A DNA stretch of 63,729 bases, filler included, from Octopus bimaculoides (GCF_001194135.2; 6 parts of 6 records of this genome joined end to end with filler, not necessarily neighbours in it); one strand, 5' to 3'. Counted from the first letter of the whole stretch, positions 1 through 12,873 are shown. The notes: a model not told the origin generated them from the sequence alone. A program made the numbers and translations.

Positions 1-374
1 GAACGCTAGTAGTTCGTCTTGCCTTCACAGCGGCTGGAGTGAAAAGAAAGCTGACCACAGGTCACACGAGAGCAGAGAGGATGGTGGAGGGAGGAAATGG
101 AACAAGGAGGAAGGGACAGAAGCAGTGAAGTAGAGGCCAGGACAGAAGCAGTGAAGTAGAGGCCAGGACAGAAGGGTAGATAGGAAGATATTTGTATGTA
201 TGTATGTATACATTTATATATTCTTTTTCCAAGATTCTTGATGTGAATTCATGTGTTAAAACAGATATTGTTGTATTTGGGGATGGTCATATTGCCAGTT
301 TAGCCATTAAAAACACATGTATTATATATTTGGTGTTCACTTGCTTCAGCTTTATTTTATATTAATTGTATTTC

Positions 375-419
375 GGCTAGAGTTCTTTCGTCACACTTCT
401 GTGACCTCATCAGTGGTCC
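375..419 (-). ncRNA. Degenerate minimal type I hammerhead ribozyme (retroelement-associated)
   Basis: Minus strand ggacca-CTGATGA-g-GTCACA-gaag-TGTGAC-GAAA-gaac-TC-tagcc: complete catalytic core, 6-bp stem II with one extra G, very short stem III, mismatched stem I. Confidence 0.55.
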
Positions 420-526
420 TTTGCTTTGCTTTCTTCTTAAGAAAGTATGTATGTATGTATGTATGTATGTATGTATGTATGTATGTATGTATATCGAAGG
501 GTGATAGAGCTAAACCCAAGCGGCGA

Positions 527-646
527 GTGAGAATATTAGATGCATTTCTGCCTCACTCGATAACGTACACTCACTGCCAATATGCAATAGGAAATCCGTC
601 ACTATGATAACGTTAAACGAGGCAGAAATGCATCTAATGTCCTCAC
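527..646. repeat. Small fold-back / MITE-like inverted repeat
   Basis: Perfect 20-bp stem 535-554 (attagatgcatttctgcctc) with 619-638, extending imperfectly to about 40 bp per arm. Confidence 0.6.
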
Positions 647-748
647 CACTACTTTTGTTGGCTACTTAAAACTCCGGTGATTCTTTATTCCGTGTTTTTG
701 TACATATCAGTGGTGTCGGATTTCGTCTAGGGGCTAGAGCAATATTGA

Positions 749-945
749 TTTCAGATATAGGCACTAGGTTAGCATTTTCAGGGGAGGGGTAAGTCCATTG
801 CATCGGCTTCAGTGCTCAACTGCTACTTATTTTATCGACTCGAAAGGACGAAAGACAAAGTCAATCTCAGAGTTTGAACTCAGAACGTAAAGACAGACAA
901 AATGTCGCTAAGCATTTTGCCCGGCGTGCTAACGATTCTGCCAGC
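749..945 (-). mobile_element. tRNA-like SINE, family A
   Basis: Minus strand head gctggcagaatcgttagcacgccgggc...gagttcaaa (A/B-box-like), matching about 10 other copies in the window. Confidence 0.8.
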
Positions 946-1769
946 AAAGGAGCTTTATGCCAGGTGATAAGAGGTTCAAATATGACAGACGGACAGGAAC
1001 AAGTGTCTTGATGTAGAGGAGTTGTATGGTTGTCTACGTTGGGAAAGGAAGGGGATGGTGGTGATGTATCAGGACGTACCCTCAAGTTACAGGAAAGGTG
1101 AAGGTATGTAAAGAAGGGTAAATTTGCAGGAGTGAGAGAGGTGAGTGGTACATCGATAGAAACGGGGATAGGAGACATGCAGTGAGTGGTTAATATGGGT
1201 AAGAGGCACGGACAATCGCGAATATCAGTTGGAAGGGAAGGTAAAAGAAATATGTATGGGTCAGGGGGGTAATAGGTGGCAGTAAAGATGATAAGTGTGT
1301 GGGGTGAGGTGTGAGTGAACTGCTCTAGTGCCAGAGACGAAGTCTGAGGTACATGAGAGGGGAAATTATCGAAAACGAATAGAGATAATGGTGGGAAGTG
1401 CTGACTGAGCAGTTCTGGTACCAATGAAATAAGTACTAGGCTTTAAACAAATATATACACTGAGATTTAAATTCTTCAAGGCAGTACCCCAGTATGGCCA
1501 CGGTCCAATGACTGAAACAAGTAACAGATAAAAGATGTATATGTGTGTATGTGATGATCTGCCTCCCATGCTGGCATGGATTGAATGGTTAGACAAGAGC
1601 CGGCCAGGCAGGAGCCTGCACCAGACTTCAGTGTCTGTTTTGGTAGGGTTTTTACGGCTGGATGCCCTTCCTAACACCAACCACCCTGCAGAGTGGACCG
1701 AACCACCCAGCAAAGTGGACCCAACCACCCAGCAGTGTGGACCCACCACTCAACAAAGTGTATATAGGT

Positions 1770-2135
1770 GCAGGAATGGCAGTGTGGTAAGAAGCGTGCT
1801 TCCCAACCACATGGTTCCAGGTTCAATCCTACTGCGTGGCCCTTTGGGCAAGTGTCTTCTACTACAGCCTCGGGCTGAGTGGATATGGTAGATGGAAACT
1901 GAAAGAAGCCCGTCGTGAATGTGTGTGTGTGTGTCTGTGCTTCACCACCACCACCGCTATCACTTGACAACCAATGTTGGAGTGTTTATGTCCCCGTAAC
2001 TTAGCGGTTCGGTATAAGAGGCCGATAGAATAAGTACTAGGCTTACAAAGAATAAGTTCTGCTGTTGATTTGTTCGACTAAAGGTGGTGCTCCAGCATGG
2101 CGACAGCCAAATGACTGAAACAAGAATAAAAGAAT
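1770..2135 (+). mobile_element. tRNA-like SINE, family B, near full length
   Basis: Head gcaggaatggcagtgtggtaag...ggttcaatcc, internal (TG)n, tail ...gctccagcatgg...aaatgactgaaacaag; repeated at 7275, 13885, 39885 and elsewhere. Confidence 0.8.
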
Positions 2136-4492
2136 ATATACATTTGGAATTACAGAGATATATATATGAATATAATGATATATATCATTATTATCATCAT
2201 CATTTCATGTCCTTATCCCATACTGGTGTGTGTTGGACGATTCAACAAGACTAGATGAGCCAGAGGCCTCCACTAGGTTCTATGTCTGCTCTGGCATGGT
2301 TTTTACAGTTGCATGTCCTTCCTAACACCAACCACTTAACTGACAGTACTGGTTGCTTTTTATGTGGTGCCAGCACTGGTGAGGTCACCAAGTACCTACA
2401 AAATAAGACACCTCAACTGAGCAGGGTATCAACTGGAGAAAGGAACTGTGACAGAGGGAGAGGAGTAGGTGTCTTGTTGAAGAGGTGGATACATGGCTTG
2501 CCCACCTGGAAAGTGAGAAAGAGAAAAAGATGTGGGGTCCAGGCGCAACATGAATATGAGATAAAATAGGAAGTGTACTGAGTGAAAATAGTGTGACAGA
2601 TAGAGATAGGGATTGAACTGGATGCAGAAGATATCAGTTATATGCATATAGAAGGCTTCCACACAGTTTCTGTCAACCAAATTCATTCACAAGGTATTGG
2701 TTGGCCAAGAGCTATAGTAAAAGTCACTTGCTCAAGATGCTGCATAGTGGGACTGAACTCAAAAATGCAACCATATGGTTGCAAAGTAAGCTTGTTAGCC
2801 ATACCTACACTTATAAAAATATAATGGTAAAGTTAAATAATTATATTAAACAAAGCTTCTAAGGACTTATACATATATATATGTGTGTGTGTGTGTGTGT
2901 GTNNNNNNNNNNNNNNNNNNNNNNNNNNNNNNNNNNNNNNNNNNNNNNNNNNNNNNNNNNNNNNNNNNNNNNNNNNNNNNNNNNNNNNNNNNNNNNNNNN
3001 NNNNNNNNNNNNNNNNNNNNNNNNNNNNNNNNNNNNNNNNNNNNNNNNNNNNNNNNNNNNNNNNNNNNNNNNNNNNNNNNNNNNNNNNNNNNNNNNNNNN
3101 NNNNNNNNNNNNNNNNNNNNNNNNNNNNNNNNNNNNNNNNNNNNNNNNNNNNNNNNNNNNNNNNNNNNNNNNNNNNNNNNNNNNNNNNNNNNNNNNNNNN
3201 NNNNNNNNNNNNNNNNNNNNNNNNNNNNNNNNNNNNNNNNNNNNNNNNNNNNNNNNNNNNNNNNNNNNNNNNNNNNNNNNNNNNNNNNNNNNNNNNNNNN
3301 NNNNNNNNNNNNNNNNNNNNNNNNNNNNNNNNNNNNNNNNNNNNNNNNNNNNNNNNNNNNNNNNNNNNNNNNNNNNNNNNNNNNNNNNNNNNNNNNNNNN
3401 NNNNNNNNNNNNNNNNNNNNNNNNNNNNNNNNNNNNNNNNNNNNNNNNNNNNNNNNNNNNNNNNNNNNNNNNNNNNNNNNNNNNNNNNNNNNNNNNNNNN
3501 NNNNNNNNNNNNNNNNNNNNNNNNNNNNNNNNNNNNNNNNNNNNNNNNNNNNNNNNNNNNNNNNNNNNNNNNNNNNNNNNNNNNNNNNNNNNNNNNNNNN
3601 NNNNNNNNNNNNNNNNNNNNNNNNNNNNNNNNNNNNNNNNNNNNNNNNNNNNNTAACTCAAATATTGTTTCCATATTAATCCCATTTAAAAGATTTTTTT
3701 TTGTTAATATTTGACACTAAATGAAAGGTTTTTTAATTTTACCCTTCATATTTATGTTTCAGTATGTATGTGTGTGCATATATTTATGTATGTACAAAAT
3801 TATATTTTGCTTTAGATGTCAATTTTCTGTTGTATATCTAAGAAAAATTAATCAGCAAGGTATTATTTCTTCTTGACCAACTGAAACTTTCTACTGATGT
3901 GGACAATTTTATAAGTTAAATTTATGTAATGAAATGATAAGACACTGAGTAATAAGAACTGCAAAGAAGATGACTGGCAAGATTGAGAAAATATATGTAG
4001 CTGTGTTTTGATATTTAACTCAAAACCTTCCATATATAATTTCATGTCATAGCTAGTCAAATGTAGTCAACATTTAGATGAGTTATAAAAAATGGTTAAA
4101 AGTAGAAACTCTTCAGGTTTATCTTGAAAATTATTCTGGATAACTAACAATATTTGCTCATTCATCGTCATGATTTAATATCTGTTTTTCCATGCTGGCA
4201 TGTGTTGGACAGCTTCATAGGAGCTGGCAAGCTAGAAGACTGCACCAGCCTTCACTGTCTGTTTTAGCATGGTTTGTACAGCTGAATTCTAAATCAACAG
4301 ACTTATGCTTAAAGGCATCCCAGCTATCTCCAATCGATCTCTAATGAAGCAGTGCATCTATTACCTAATGTGTCCCTTTTTCACATAATACGAGATGATT
4401 GGAGTGAGATTTGAGTGTTATTTCTTGCAGGCTGTTAAACTAAGTAGGATGTGTTTCAAGAGATTTAGCTGCTCTTTCTTATTTCTTTATTG

Positions 4493-4710
4493 CCCACAAG
4501 GGGCTAAACATAGAGGGGACAAACAAAGACAGACAAACGGATTAAGTCGATTACATCGACGCCAGCGCATAACTGGTACTTAGTTTATCGACCCCGAGAG
4601 GATGAAAGGCAAAGTGGACCTCGACAGAATTTGAACTCAGAACGTAACGGCAGACGAAATACCGCTAAGCATTTCGCCCGGTGTGTTAACGTTTCTGCCA
4701 GCTCACCTCC
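4493..4710 (-). mobile_element. tRNA-like SINE, family A
   Basis: gacctcgacagaatttgaactcagaacg...ctgccagctc, shared with the other family A copies. Confidence 0.8.
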
Positions 4711-5756
4711 TAGCTGCTGTTTCTAGCAGATTAAGTAGTCAGGTAGAACACACTTGCAAGGAACCCTAGATAAAGAATTATTCTTTTTATCTTTTACTTG
4801 TTTCAGTCATTAGACTGCAGCCATACTGGGGCACTGCCTTGAAAAAATGAAAGTAAACNNNNNNNNNNNNNNNNNNNNNNNNNNNNNNNNNNNNNNNNNN
4901 NNTTAATTAATTAANNNNNNNNNNNNNNNNNNNNNNNNNNNNNNNNNNNNNNNNNNNNACACACACATACATATATATACATATATATGTGTACTCTGCC
5001 TTGTGGATTCTGGCTCAAAGTGATGGAGCCAGGTCTCATCTCCTGTGACTATTCTCTCCAAAAGAGTTTCGCCTTCATCTTGCAGAAATAGAGTAAACGC
5101 TGACTGATCTCCACGTGATACATATATACATACACACACATAATAGTTTATTGGCGTAGAAAGTTGTAGGTTTTCCCATATCGCAGTTCGAAAAGCAGAA
5201 AAAAGTTGTTTTTTGGGGGATAGTTCATGAATAGCAACTAAGGTTGCTATGAATGCGAGTAAAAATCCAAATAGTGGGAATGGAGCCGGTAAAATCCAAA
5301 TTATATATATTTCTTGGCTAGCAGATCATCGAAAGTAATAATTACTAAACGGGAGTACTCTCCTAGCTACTCACCAGGCCGAAGATACGTTAGTTAAATG
5401 AAGGTTACATTGTTGTCGAGGGATCCCGAGTTAACTTGCTGGAGATGTAATTTAAGTTCCCTTAGCAGTTCGGCAAAAAAGACAAATAGAATAGGTACCG
5501 TTTTGTTCGACTAAAATCTTTCAAAGCAGTGGTCTAGAATGGTCACAGTCAAATGACTGAAACAGGTAAAAGTATATATATATATATATATATATATATA
5601 ACAACATATATAACGTGTGAGATTGTGACTTCCATATTTTATGATCATTGTTTAAGGACTTCAGTAACATATGTGAAGTGAAATATTTGTGATTAAAGAG
5701 GGACTTTAGTGATATGAAATGGTTGCAATCAAAAATCCATTATCGAAAGTTCTTAC

Positions 5757-5803
5757 CTTGGTACCCTTCAATCCTTTTATTGAATCGAGATCTATCGAAG
5801 AAC
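5757..5803 (-). CDS. Collagen gene internal exon (47 nt, phase 1/0), (G)SSIDLDSIKGLKGTK
   Basis: Minus strand tttctttttaaatttAG|GTTCTTCG...GGATTGAAGGGTACCAAG|GTAAGA. The phase-1 start completes the Gly codon left by the 19-nt exon, and the exon ends in GLK-GTK triplets. Confidence 0.85.
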
Positions 5804-6196
5804 CTAAATTTAAAAAGAAATTTTGAGAATTACCTTCTTTCTTTCTTGTTTATTTTAAAATTATAAATAAAGGCGACACACAGAGCATTCCAGCAAGCCT
5901 ACCCTACCCAACAGTAGCTGAATCTGTACGTATGCGCATTTTATTGCTTTGTCTTGTGCTAGTCATGATCCACTGATTAACCTAATCTGGAAGACATTCC
6001 AAACACGATAATTTGTTTTGCTTTTGGAAAATATATCTACAATAACGTTATCCAGTCCAATAAAATAATGCATATTTTTCTTTTTCTTTCACGATTTTGC
6101 ATCTGTGACCGAGCTTATGAGTTGAAGGGAGTGGAATTGACATGTTCGGGAGTTTTAGTGTATTATTAATGTAAATGAAGAGACACGGCTTTACAC

Positions 6197-6301
<105 letters not shown>

Positions 6302-7274
6302 TCTTAATTGTAAGAGTAATAGAAAACAAAATATTGATTTTTGAAGAATTCAGTCGTACACACGCTTCAGTAATTTTATGCAATCAAAAATCATTTCATC
6401 AGTAAATATGAATCGAATAATTTTTGAATTAAGCTTCCGTTAAATTTTTCTGCTGAAATTGCATCATCATCATCATCATCATCATCATCACTGTCGCATG
6501 GGCCGGACAGAATTTGCTGAGGTGGATACTCTACCACCAAACTCCCTTCCTATTACCAACCTTCACCTTTTTCCCAGAAAGATAATGTTTCCCCATGTTA
6601 AGACATGCTTCGGAAAACTGAAAAAGAAGGAACCGTTTGCATGACGGTGACACTCGTTTACAGTTATCGCACTATGTCAAGGCAAAGAGGCAGTATGACA
6701 CACACAGACACGCACGTATACACCATGCGTACGTTTGTGTGTGTGTGTGTTCGTGTAGAATATATTTATTCGTTTGTCGGCTGATGACTCACTTTCTCAC
6801 TACTCAATTTCTTGTTACGTGCAATTAATATGACTTAAGAATTGCAGAAAATGTGCGAAAGAACTTTTGAGTAGCAACAGAGCAAATCGTCAATTTACCG
6901 TAACCTCTCTGAAACAAGGAAGGGAATAAATAAATTATACATTGGTAGGGAACATGTGGAAAGGGCAGACGCAACAAGACGTGAGACGAAGAGGTGGGAG
7001 AGGATCTTCAGACGTTGGGCCTCATAGAGGGGATGACGGGGGTCCGAGACTCTTGACGGTTTGCGTGCTTGAGAAGACACGTCGAGCTAAATAAAACCGG
7101 TGCTGCGTAAAAGCACTCACTACATTCTGTAAAGTGGTTGGCGTTAGGAAGGGCATCCAGCCTTAGAAACCATGCCAAAATAGATATGGAGCCTAGACAG
7201 CTCTTCAATTGGCCAGCTCCTGTTAAACAGTCTAATCAATGCCAGAATGGAAAACGGACGTTAAATGATGGATG

Positions 7275-7453
7275 ATGATAGGTGTGACTGTGTGGAATGA
7301 AGCTTATTTCCTAACCATGTGGTCTTCAATTCAGTCTTACTGCATAGTACTTCAGGCAAGTGTCTTCTTGCCCCGGGCCGACCAAAGCTTTGTGAATGGA
7401 TTTGGAAGACGGAAAATTGAAGAAGCCCGTCGAATGTATTTATGCATACATAA

Positions 7454-7505
<52 letters not shown>

Positions 7506-7570
7506 TTTGTGTTTGACTCCCAACACTACTTGACAACCGACGTTGATTTGTTTACATCATTGTGACGGGG
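7275..7570 (+). mobile_element. SINE family B, 3'-truncated
   Basis: Same head and body as 1770-2135 and 39885-40250. Confidence 0.7.
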
Positions 7571-8085
7571 GAACAAACAGAAAATCACACACACACTCAT
7601 ACACATATATATGTATACATAGGTACATATACACGATGGGCTTCTTTCAGGTTCTGTCAACCAAATCCACTCACAAGTCTTTAGTCGTCCCGGAATTATA
7701 ATAGAAGTCTAGAGATGTCACGCAATGTGCGCGCATGCATTGTGTTCATGTAGGTGTGTGTATATGTGAGTGCATGTGTGTGTGGACTTCCTCATCTATT
7801 CTAACAGCTTATTTACTCAATAATAGTATTTTAAAAGGTACATGGACACCAGCGTCCCTACACCTGATCCACGGGCAGGATCAAAGCGACATTTTGGTGT
7901 GGTAGAATTAGATTCCCAAACCATTATTGCTACAATTACAGTCCAGTTCCCACCTGGCAGCAGCTTGACAGATGAGATTCATATGTGATAATATAAAGCA
8001 AAATGGAAATCCTTCAAGGACCTCAAATTTAACGAACGAAATTACTGGAAAACATTAAAATAAAGGAATTTCAACAACGACTCAC

Positions 8086-8104
8086 CTTTATCTCCCTTTT
8101 GACC
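8086..8104 (-). CDS. Collagen gene microexon (19 nt, phase 0/1), GQKGDK-G
   Basis: Minus strand ttatttctctattgcAG|GGTCAAAAGGGAGATAAAG|GTGAGT: strong acceptor and donor around two Gly-X-Y triplets. Confidence 0.85.
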
Positions 8105-9655
8105 CTGCAATAGAGAAATAACACATTAGAAATTTGAAACATAACTGTGAAATATTAAAAGGATCGATAGTGTATTTATGTAGCTAACAGGAAATCAGGT
8201 ATCTAATGCAGGTTGTCCTGAAATGGTGTGCTGTGTTACGTTGGTGTTCCACAAGGTTCTGACCAAGTCAAGTGTGTCGTGGATTTTGAATGTGATGGCG
8301 GTAGTCATAGTGTGATGATGACAGTGGCAGCGACGATAGTGATGATGTTGGTTGTGGCAATAATATTATATTGGTGTGGTAATGCTGCATTGGCGATGGT
8401 GGTGATGATGATGGTAACCATGCTTGTGTAATTGTACGGTTATGGTAAGTACGGCTTCAGTATCTTGTGAAATGTGATTATCATTTTGTTTAACACACGT
8501 AACATTAATATAACTAGATAAACAGTACATTGTTTTTTGGGGGGGATTTGGTTTGCATGATTCTTTATGTGAGTTCGTGTGTTGAAGCATATTCTGTTGT
8601 GTCTGGAGAGAGTTATTTTCTTTTTGTGCCTTATAATTCAACACAATCACCGTTAAACTTTTGAAAAGGTTGCAAGACCCAACGAAAATTTTAAGAAAAT
8701 AAAAATAAGAAATAAGTGGAAATTTTACCGGTGAGCGTGTTAAATTATAAGGCACACAAAAAAATGACTCTCCCCAGACACAACAGAATACATTCCTTCT
8801 TTTCTAATATTTTAAATTTAAAGATGGAAAATGAAAGAATCCCGCCGTATGCATTTAAGCATACATAAATTGTAGATATATACATGTGTATGTGCGTGTC
8901 TTTTTTGTGTGTGTCTTTGTATTTGACCCCCAACACTACTTGACAACCGGTGTTGATTTGTTTACATCACTGTGGCGGAGGGGATTTTTTAAATCTAATT
9001 TTCGGTGTGCTGTGAAACAAAAACAAAAAAGTGATTAAGTGCTACTGCTATAAGAGGATATTTAAAGGAGAATACTTAGGATTAGGTAGGTATCAGTTAG
9101 TTTCTCAAAAGCAACTGGTACGTTTTTAAATCATTACTGCAATCCAATGAAACACTCGTTAATGGTAGTCAAACTCCTGGTAACAACAGTACCTATTTGT
9201 AGCTCAGCGGATTGAACCAATTAAAGTTAGGGGAATATGTACAAGTCATATGAACAAGTGGAGAGATAGAGAGAGAGAGTGGGGGAGGAGAACTCAGGGT
9301 GCAGCGTCGGAACAAATACCGCCGGGTATTCTGTCCAACGCTCTGACAACTACATCGGTTCATTGCCTTATATAAAAGAGGGACATGATGGTAGAACAAG
9401 AGAGGTATAAGAGAGACATAAGGGAAGTATGAGCAAAATATAACAGAGATACATATAAGAAAGAGTCATGAAAGAAATAGATGAGAGAGAAGCACGAGAG
9501 GTAGAAGTAGTACAAGAGAGGTAACAGAGATAGAAACACGTGAGAGGTACAAGCGAGGTTAAGGCAAGTGAGAAATGAGAGAGATAAAAACAATAAAGAG
9601 TGATAAAGAGATCACTGAAAGCTGAAATAGGTAAGATAATTACGAAGTGGCTTAC

Positions 9656-9697
9656 CTTCACTAACGTGTTGTTTGTACCATCGAGTATAATTTCACC
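9656..9697 (-). CDS. Collagen gene internal exon (42 nt, phase 0/0), helix interruption GEIILDGTNNTLVK
   Basis: Minus strand tattaaatttcAG|GGTGAAATT...TTAGTGAAG|GTAAGC. Open frame starting with Gly; joins in frame to the neighbouring Gly-X-Y exons. Confidence 0.8.
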
Positions 9698-10407
9698 CTG
9701 AAATTTAATATATGAGATTTAGCAATTTGATAGTATTATGACGTTGTTGTTGTTGTTGTTGTCATCGTCGTCGTCGTCGTCCTCGTCGTCGTTTAGTCGT
9801 AAGCGGAATTTAATTGAACAAACCTGATGAAAGGTGTACAAGACATGACCTCCTCTCTTCTATAATTCCAAAACCAGTATGGCCCTCTCATATCCCGTTA
9901 TCTCGCTTATTCTTTTTCTATTTTTTTTAACCGTCAGCATGAAGCTGAAGAAAGATACAGAGATATGACAGAGCGAAAACATGATGTTGGTTGTGTTAGT
10001 GGCAGTGGTGATGGAGGTATTGATAATAATGACGATGGTAATGGTGATGGCAATGGTGATTCGAGGATGCTGGTATTAGTGCTAGTGGTATGTTCGCGGT
10101 GGTATTTAGTGTTGGAGGTAGTGCTACTGTTGGTGTTGAAGACGATGCTGTAGTTGTTGATGATGCTTAGCCTCCAACATCAAACCTGCTTTTATTCAAC
10201 AGTAGAGCTTTGTTAAAGTCATGGACGTTTATTTTAACCCACCTCCGAACGAAATTAACTAATATATGATCTTACACACCCGCACGTATGCGCGCGCACG
10301 TACGTGTGTGTGTGCGTACGTGCGTGTACGTGTATGTACGAGTTTGTACATATGTATGTGCACATCGCTTGTAGTAAACAGATATTGAAAATTGATTTAT
10401 AACTTAC

Positions 10408-10443
10408 CGGTGGTCCAGGAGGGCCCTCTTTACCGACATTTCC
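10408..10443 (-). CDS. Collagen gene internal exon (36 nt, phase 0/0), GNVGKEGPPGPP
   Basis: Minus strand reads atcttcttacatccatAG|GGA AAT GTC GGT AAA GAG GGC CCT CCT GGA CCA CCG|GTAAGT: four perfect Gly-X-Y triplets with canonical splice sites. Confidence 0.9.
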
Positions 10444-10610
10444 CTATGGATGTAAGAAGATAAAAAAAACAACATTACTATAGTCATAACTACAATCCAT
10501 GAAAGAATCTAGATGTAGAAAACAGTAGATTTCTTTAATTGATTACGGGTGGGAGATCTCTCCTTCTATGTGTGCATGTGTGGTTATGTCTGTATGTATA
10601 TGTATACAAA

Positions 10611-10651
<41 letters not shown>

Positions 10652-10847
10652 NNNNNNNNNNNNNNNNNNNNNNNNNNNNNNNNNNNNNNNNNNNNNNNNN
10701 NNNNNNNNNNNNNNNNNNNNNNNNNNNNNNNNNNNNNNNNNNNNNNNNNNNNNNNNNNNNNNNNNNNNNNNNNNNNNNNNNNNNNNNNNNNNNNNNNNNN
10801 NNCTTTAACAATTTAATCCTGTATTTATATAGTCATATATATATATA

Positions 10848-11500
10848 CTAGCAGTAAATTTCGTCGTTGATCGGATAATTACTGTTACTCTTCATCGGGA
10901 GCCACATTGAAAGTATTATTATATATATAATTTACTCCTCCTGTATGTATGTATTTTTAGAGGAGAAAACCACGTAGTAATTGAAGTAGAATCAAGATCA
11001 ATATCATACATGAACTTGTGTTTGTTTATGATATGACAATAATAAGTGAGTTGTGTGTATCATTTTATTTATCTATACAGTAATGGCAATGATATAATAT
11101 TTTTATGAGAGAAAAACATGTAATAATTTAAGTAGAAAAAAGATCATTTTTATACACGAAGTTCTGTTTGTTTATTAAATGAAAATAGTTTCGCCGATTG
11201 GTGTCTTGAAAGCCTCGATCTCATATTTGCTGAAAGTGTTTTCACATGATGACATAACACAGGAAACTTTATTGTAGCATTGAGCTCATCCACTTTTGTT
11301 CCTCTTGGAACAACTGGTACTATTTGTTGGAAGTCTCCTGACAATAATACTGTGACATTCCTATCAAGAAATTGCAATTTCTAATGTCTTGTAATGTTCT
11401 ATCCACAGCTTCAAAAGCTTTTTTGTGGGCTATGGTACATTCGTCCCAGACAAATAAGTGACATCTTTGTATTAGTTCACCCATTGCAGAATTTTTAGAT
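10848..11500 (-). mobile_element. Helitron 3' fragment: decayed PIF1-like helicase plus CTAG terminus
   Basis: Minus strand encodes LIQRCHLFVWDECTIAHKKAFEAVDRTLQDIRN, then after a frameshift VTVLLSGDFQQIVPVVPRGT (helicase motifs II and III). It ends ...tccgatcaacgacgaaatttactgCTAG|t at 10848. Confidence 0.8.
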
Positions 11501-11634
11501 ATATNNNNNNNNNNNNNNNNNNNNNNNNNNNNNNNNNNNNNNNNNNNNTTAATTAATTAANNNNNNNNNNNNNNNNNNNNNNNNNNNNNNNNNNNNNNNN
11601 NNNNTGCCACGGGCAACACCATAAATAACTACTG

Positions 11635-11688
<54 letters not shown>

Positions 11689-11800
11689 TTACTACTACTT
11701 CTACTACTACTACTGCTGTTGTTGTTACTGCTGTTGTAGTAACAAAACAAGAACAAGCACAAGAACATGAACAAGAACAAGAACAACAACAAGAACTACA

Positions 11801-11834
<34 letters not shown>

Positions 11835-12669
11835 NNNNNNNNNNNNNNNNNNNNNNNNNNNNNNNNNNNNNNNNNNNNNNNNNNNNNNNNNNNNNNNNNN
11901 NNNNNNNNNNNNNNNNNNNNNNNNNNNNNNNNNNACTACTACTGCTGCTGCTGTTGCTGCAGCTTCCACCACTACCATCAACATTACCCTAACCACCGCC
12001 ACCACCGCCACCACCACCACCACTACCACCGCAACCACCACTATCGCTACACCACTACAACTACCGTCACGGCCAATATCATTACCACTATATCCCTCCC
12101 ATTATCCACCACAACCACAGCCATCACATCCGACTAGTACCACTATCATACCGCCGCTCCCCACCTCTGCTACCAGCAAACTAACACAAGCCCACTAACA
12201 CAGCTACCATTACTGCCACCAACGGCAATACGCCGTCGCTACCACCGCTACCACCTTCACCACAACCTCACCACAAGCACAAAAGTGTTTTTTTTGTTTG
12301 TTATCGAATTCAACATACATTCGAGTATTACAATGGAAATACTGTAATACATGCATTTAACAAAACTGTACACAAAGCCAAAACAATTATATCTGACAAT
12401 GAAACATAGCAAAAAAAGAAAGAAGAGAAAAAAGACAAGACAAGACATGCAACCCAAATTACACTCCAGAAATAGCCATCTTAATAAAAACCAGTGACAA
12501 CCTTGAAACACAATACACGAAAGTCACGCACAGCACAGAAATAACATTTAATAAGGAAATAAAATACCACCACCATCACCAACAACAGCAGCAGCTGCAG
12601 CAGTAGCAGCAGTAGCAGTAGTAGCAGCAACAACAACCAACCAACCAACCAGAGTCCTTTGTACGATAA

Positions 12670-12774
12670 GCTCAAAGTCGAGCTCGGCGGAATTTGAACT
12701 AAAGACGTAAAGACGGGCGAAATGCTGCTAAGCGTTTTGCCAAGCATGCTCACGATTCTGCCAACTCGCCGCCT

Positions 12775-12775
<1 letters not shown>
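12670..12775 (-). mobile_element. SINE family A, head only
   Basis: cggcggaatttgaactaaagacg...ctgccaactcgccgcctta. Confidence 0.75.

Positions 12776-12873
<98 letters not shown>

Noticed and set aside
867-1424. 185-aa minus-strand ORF rich in Pro/Leu/Thr
   Set aside because: No recognisable motif; composition fits a decayed LINE region and the ORF runs into a SINE.
1690-1750. Three 23-24-bp repeats resembling a mini CRISPR array
   Set aside because: Contiguous tandem units without unique spacers, within a SINE in a eukaryotic genome.
4903-4914. TTAATTAATTAA inside N runs (also 11549, 23264, 42212, 62213)
   Set aside because: Identical all-frame-stop spacer centred in gaps: a scaffolding artefact, not biology.
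6899-6908. Possible 10-nt minus-strand microexon (tttcAG|AGAGGTTACG|GTAAAT)
   Set aside because: It would break the frame between the 19- and 47-nt exons and lies at the end of a decayed repeat.
8245-8275. GVPQGS peptide resembling an RT motif
   Set aside because: Too short, with no flanking RT motifs.
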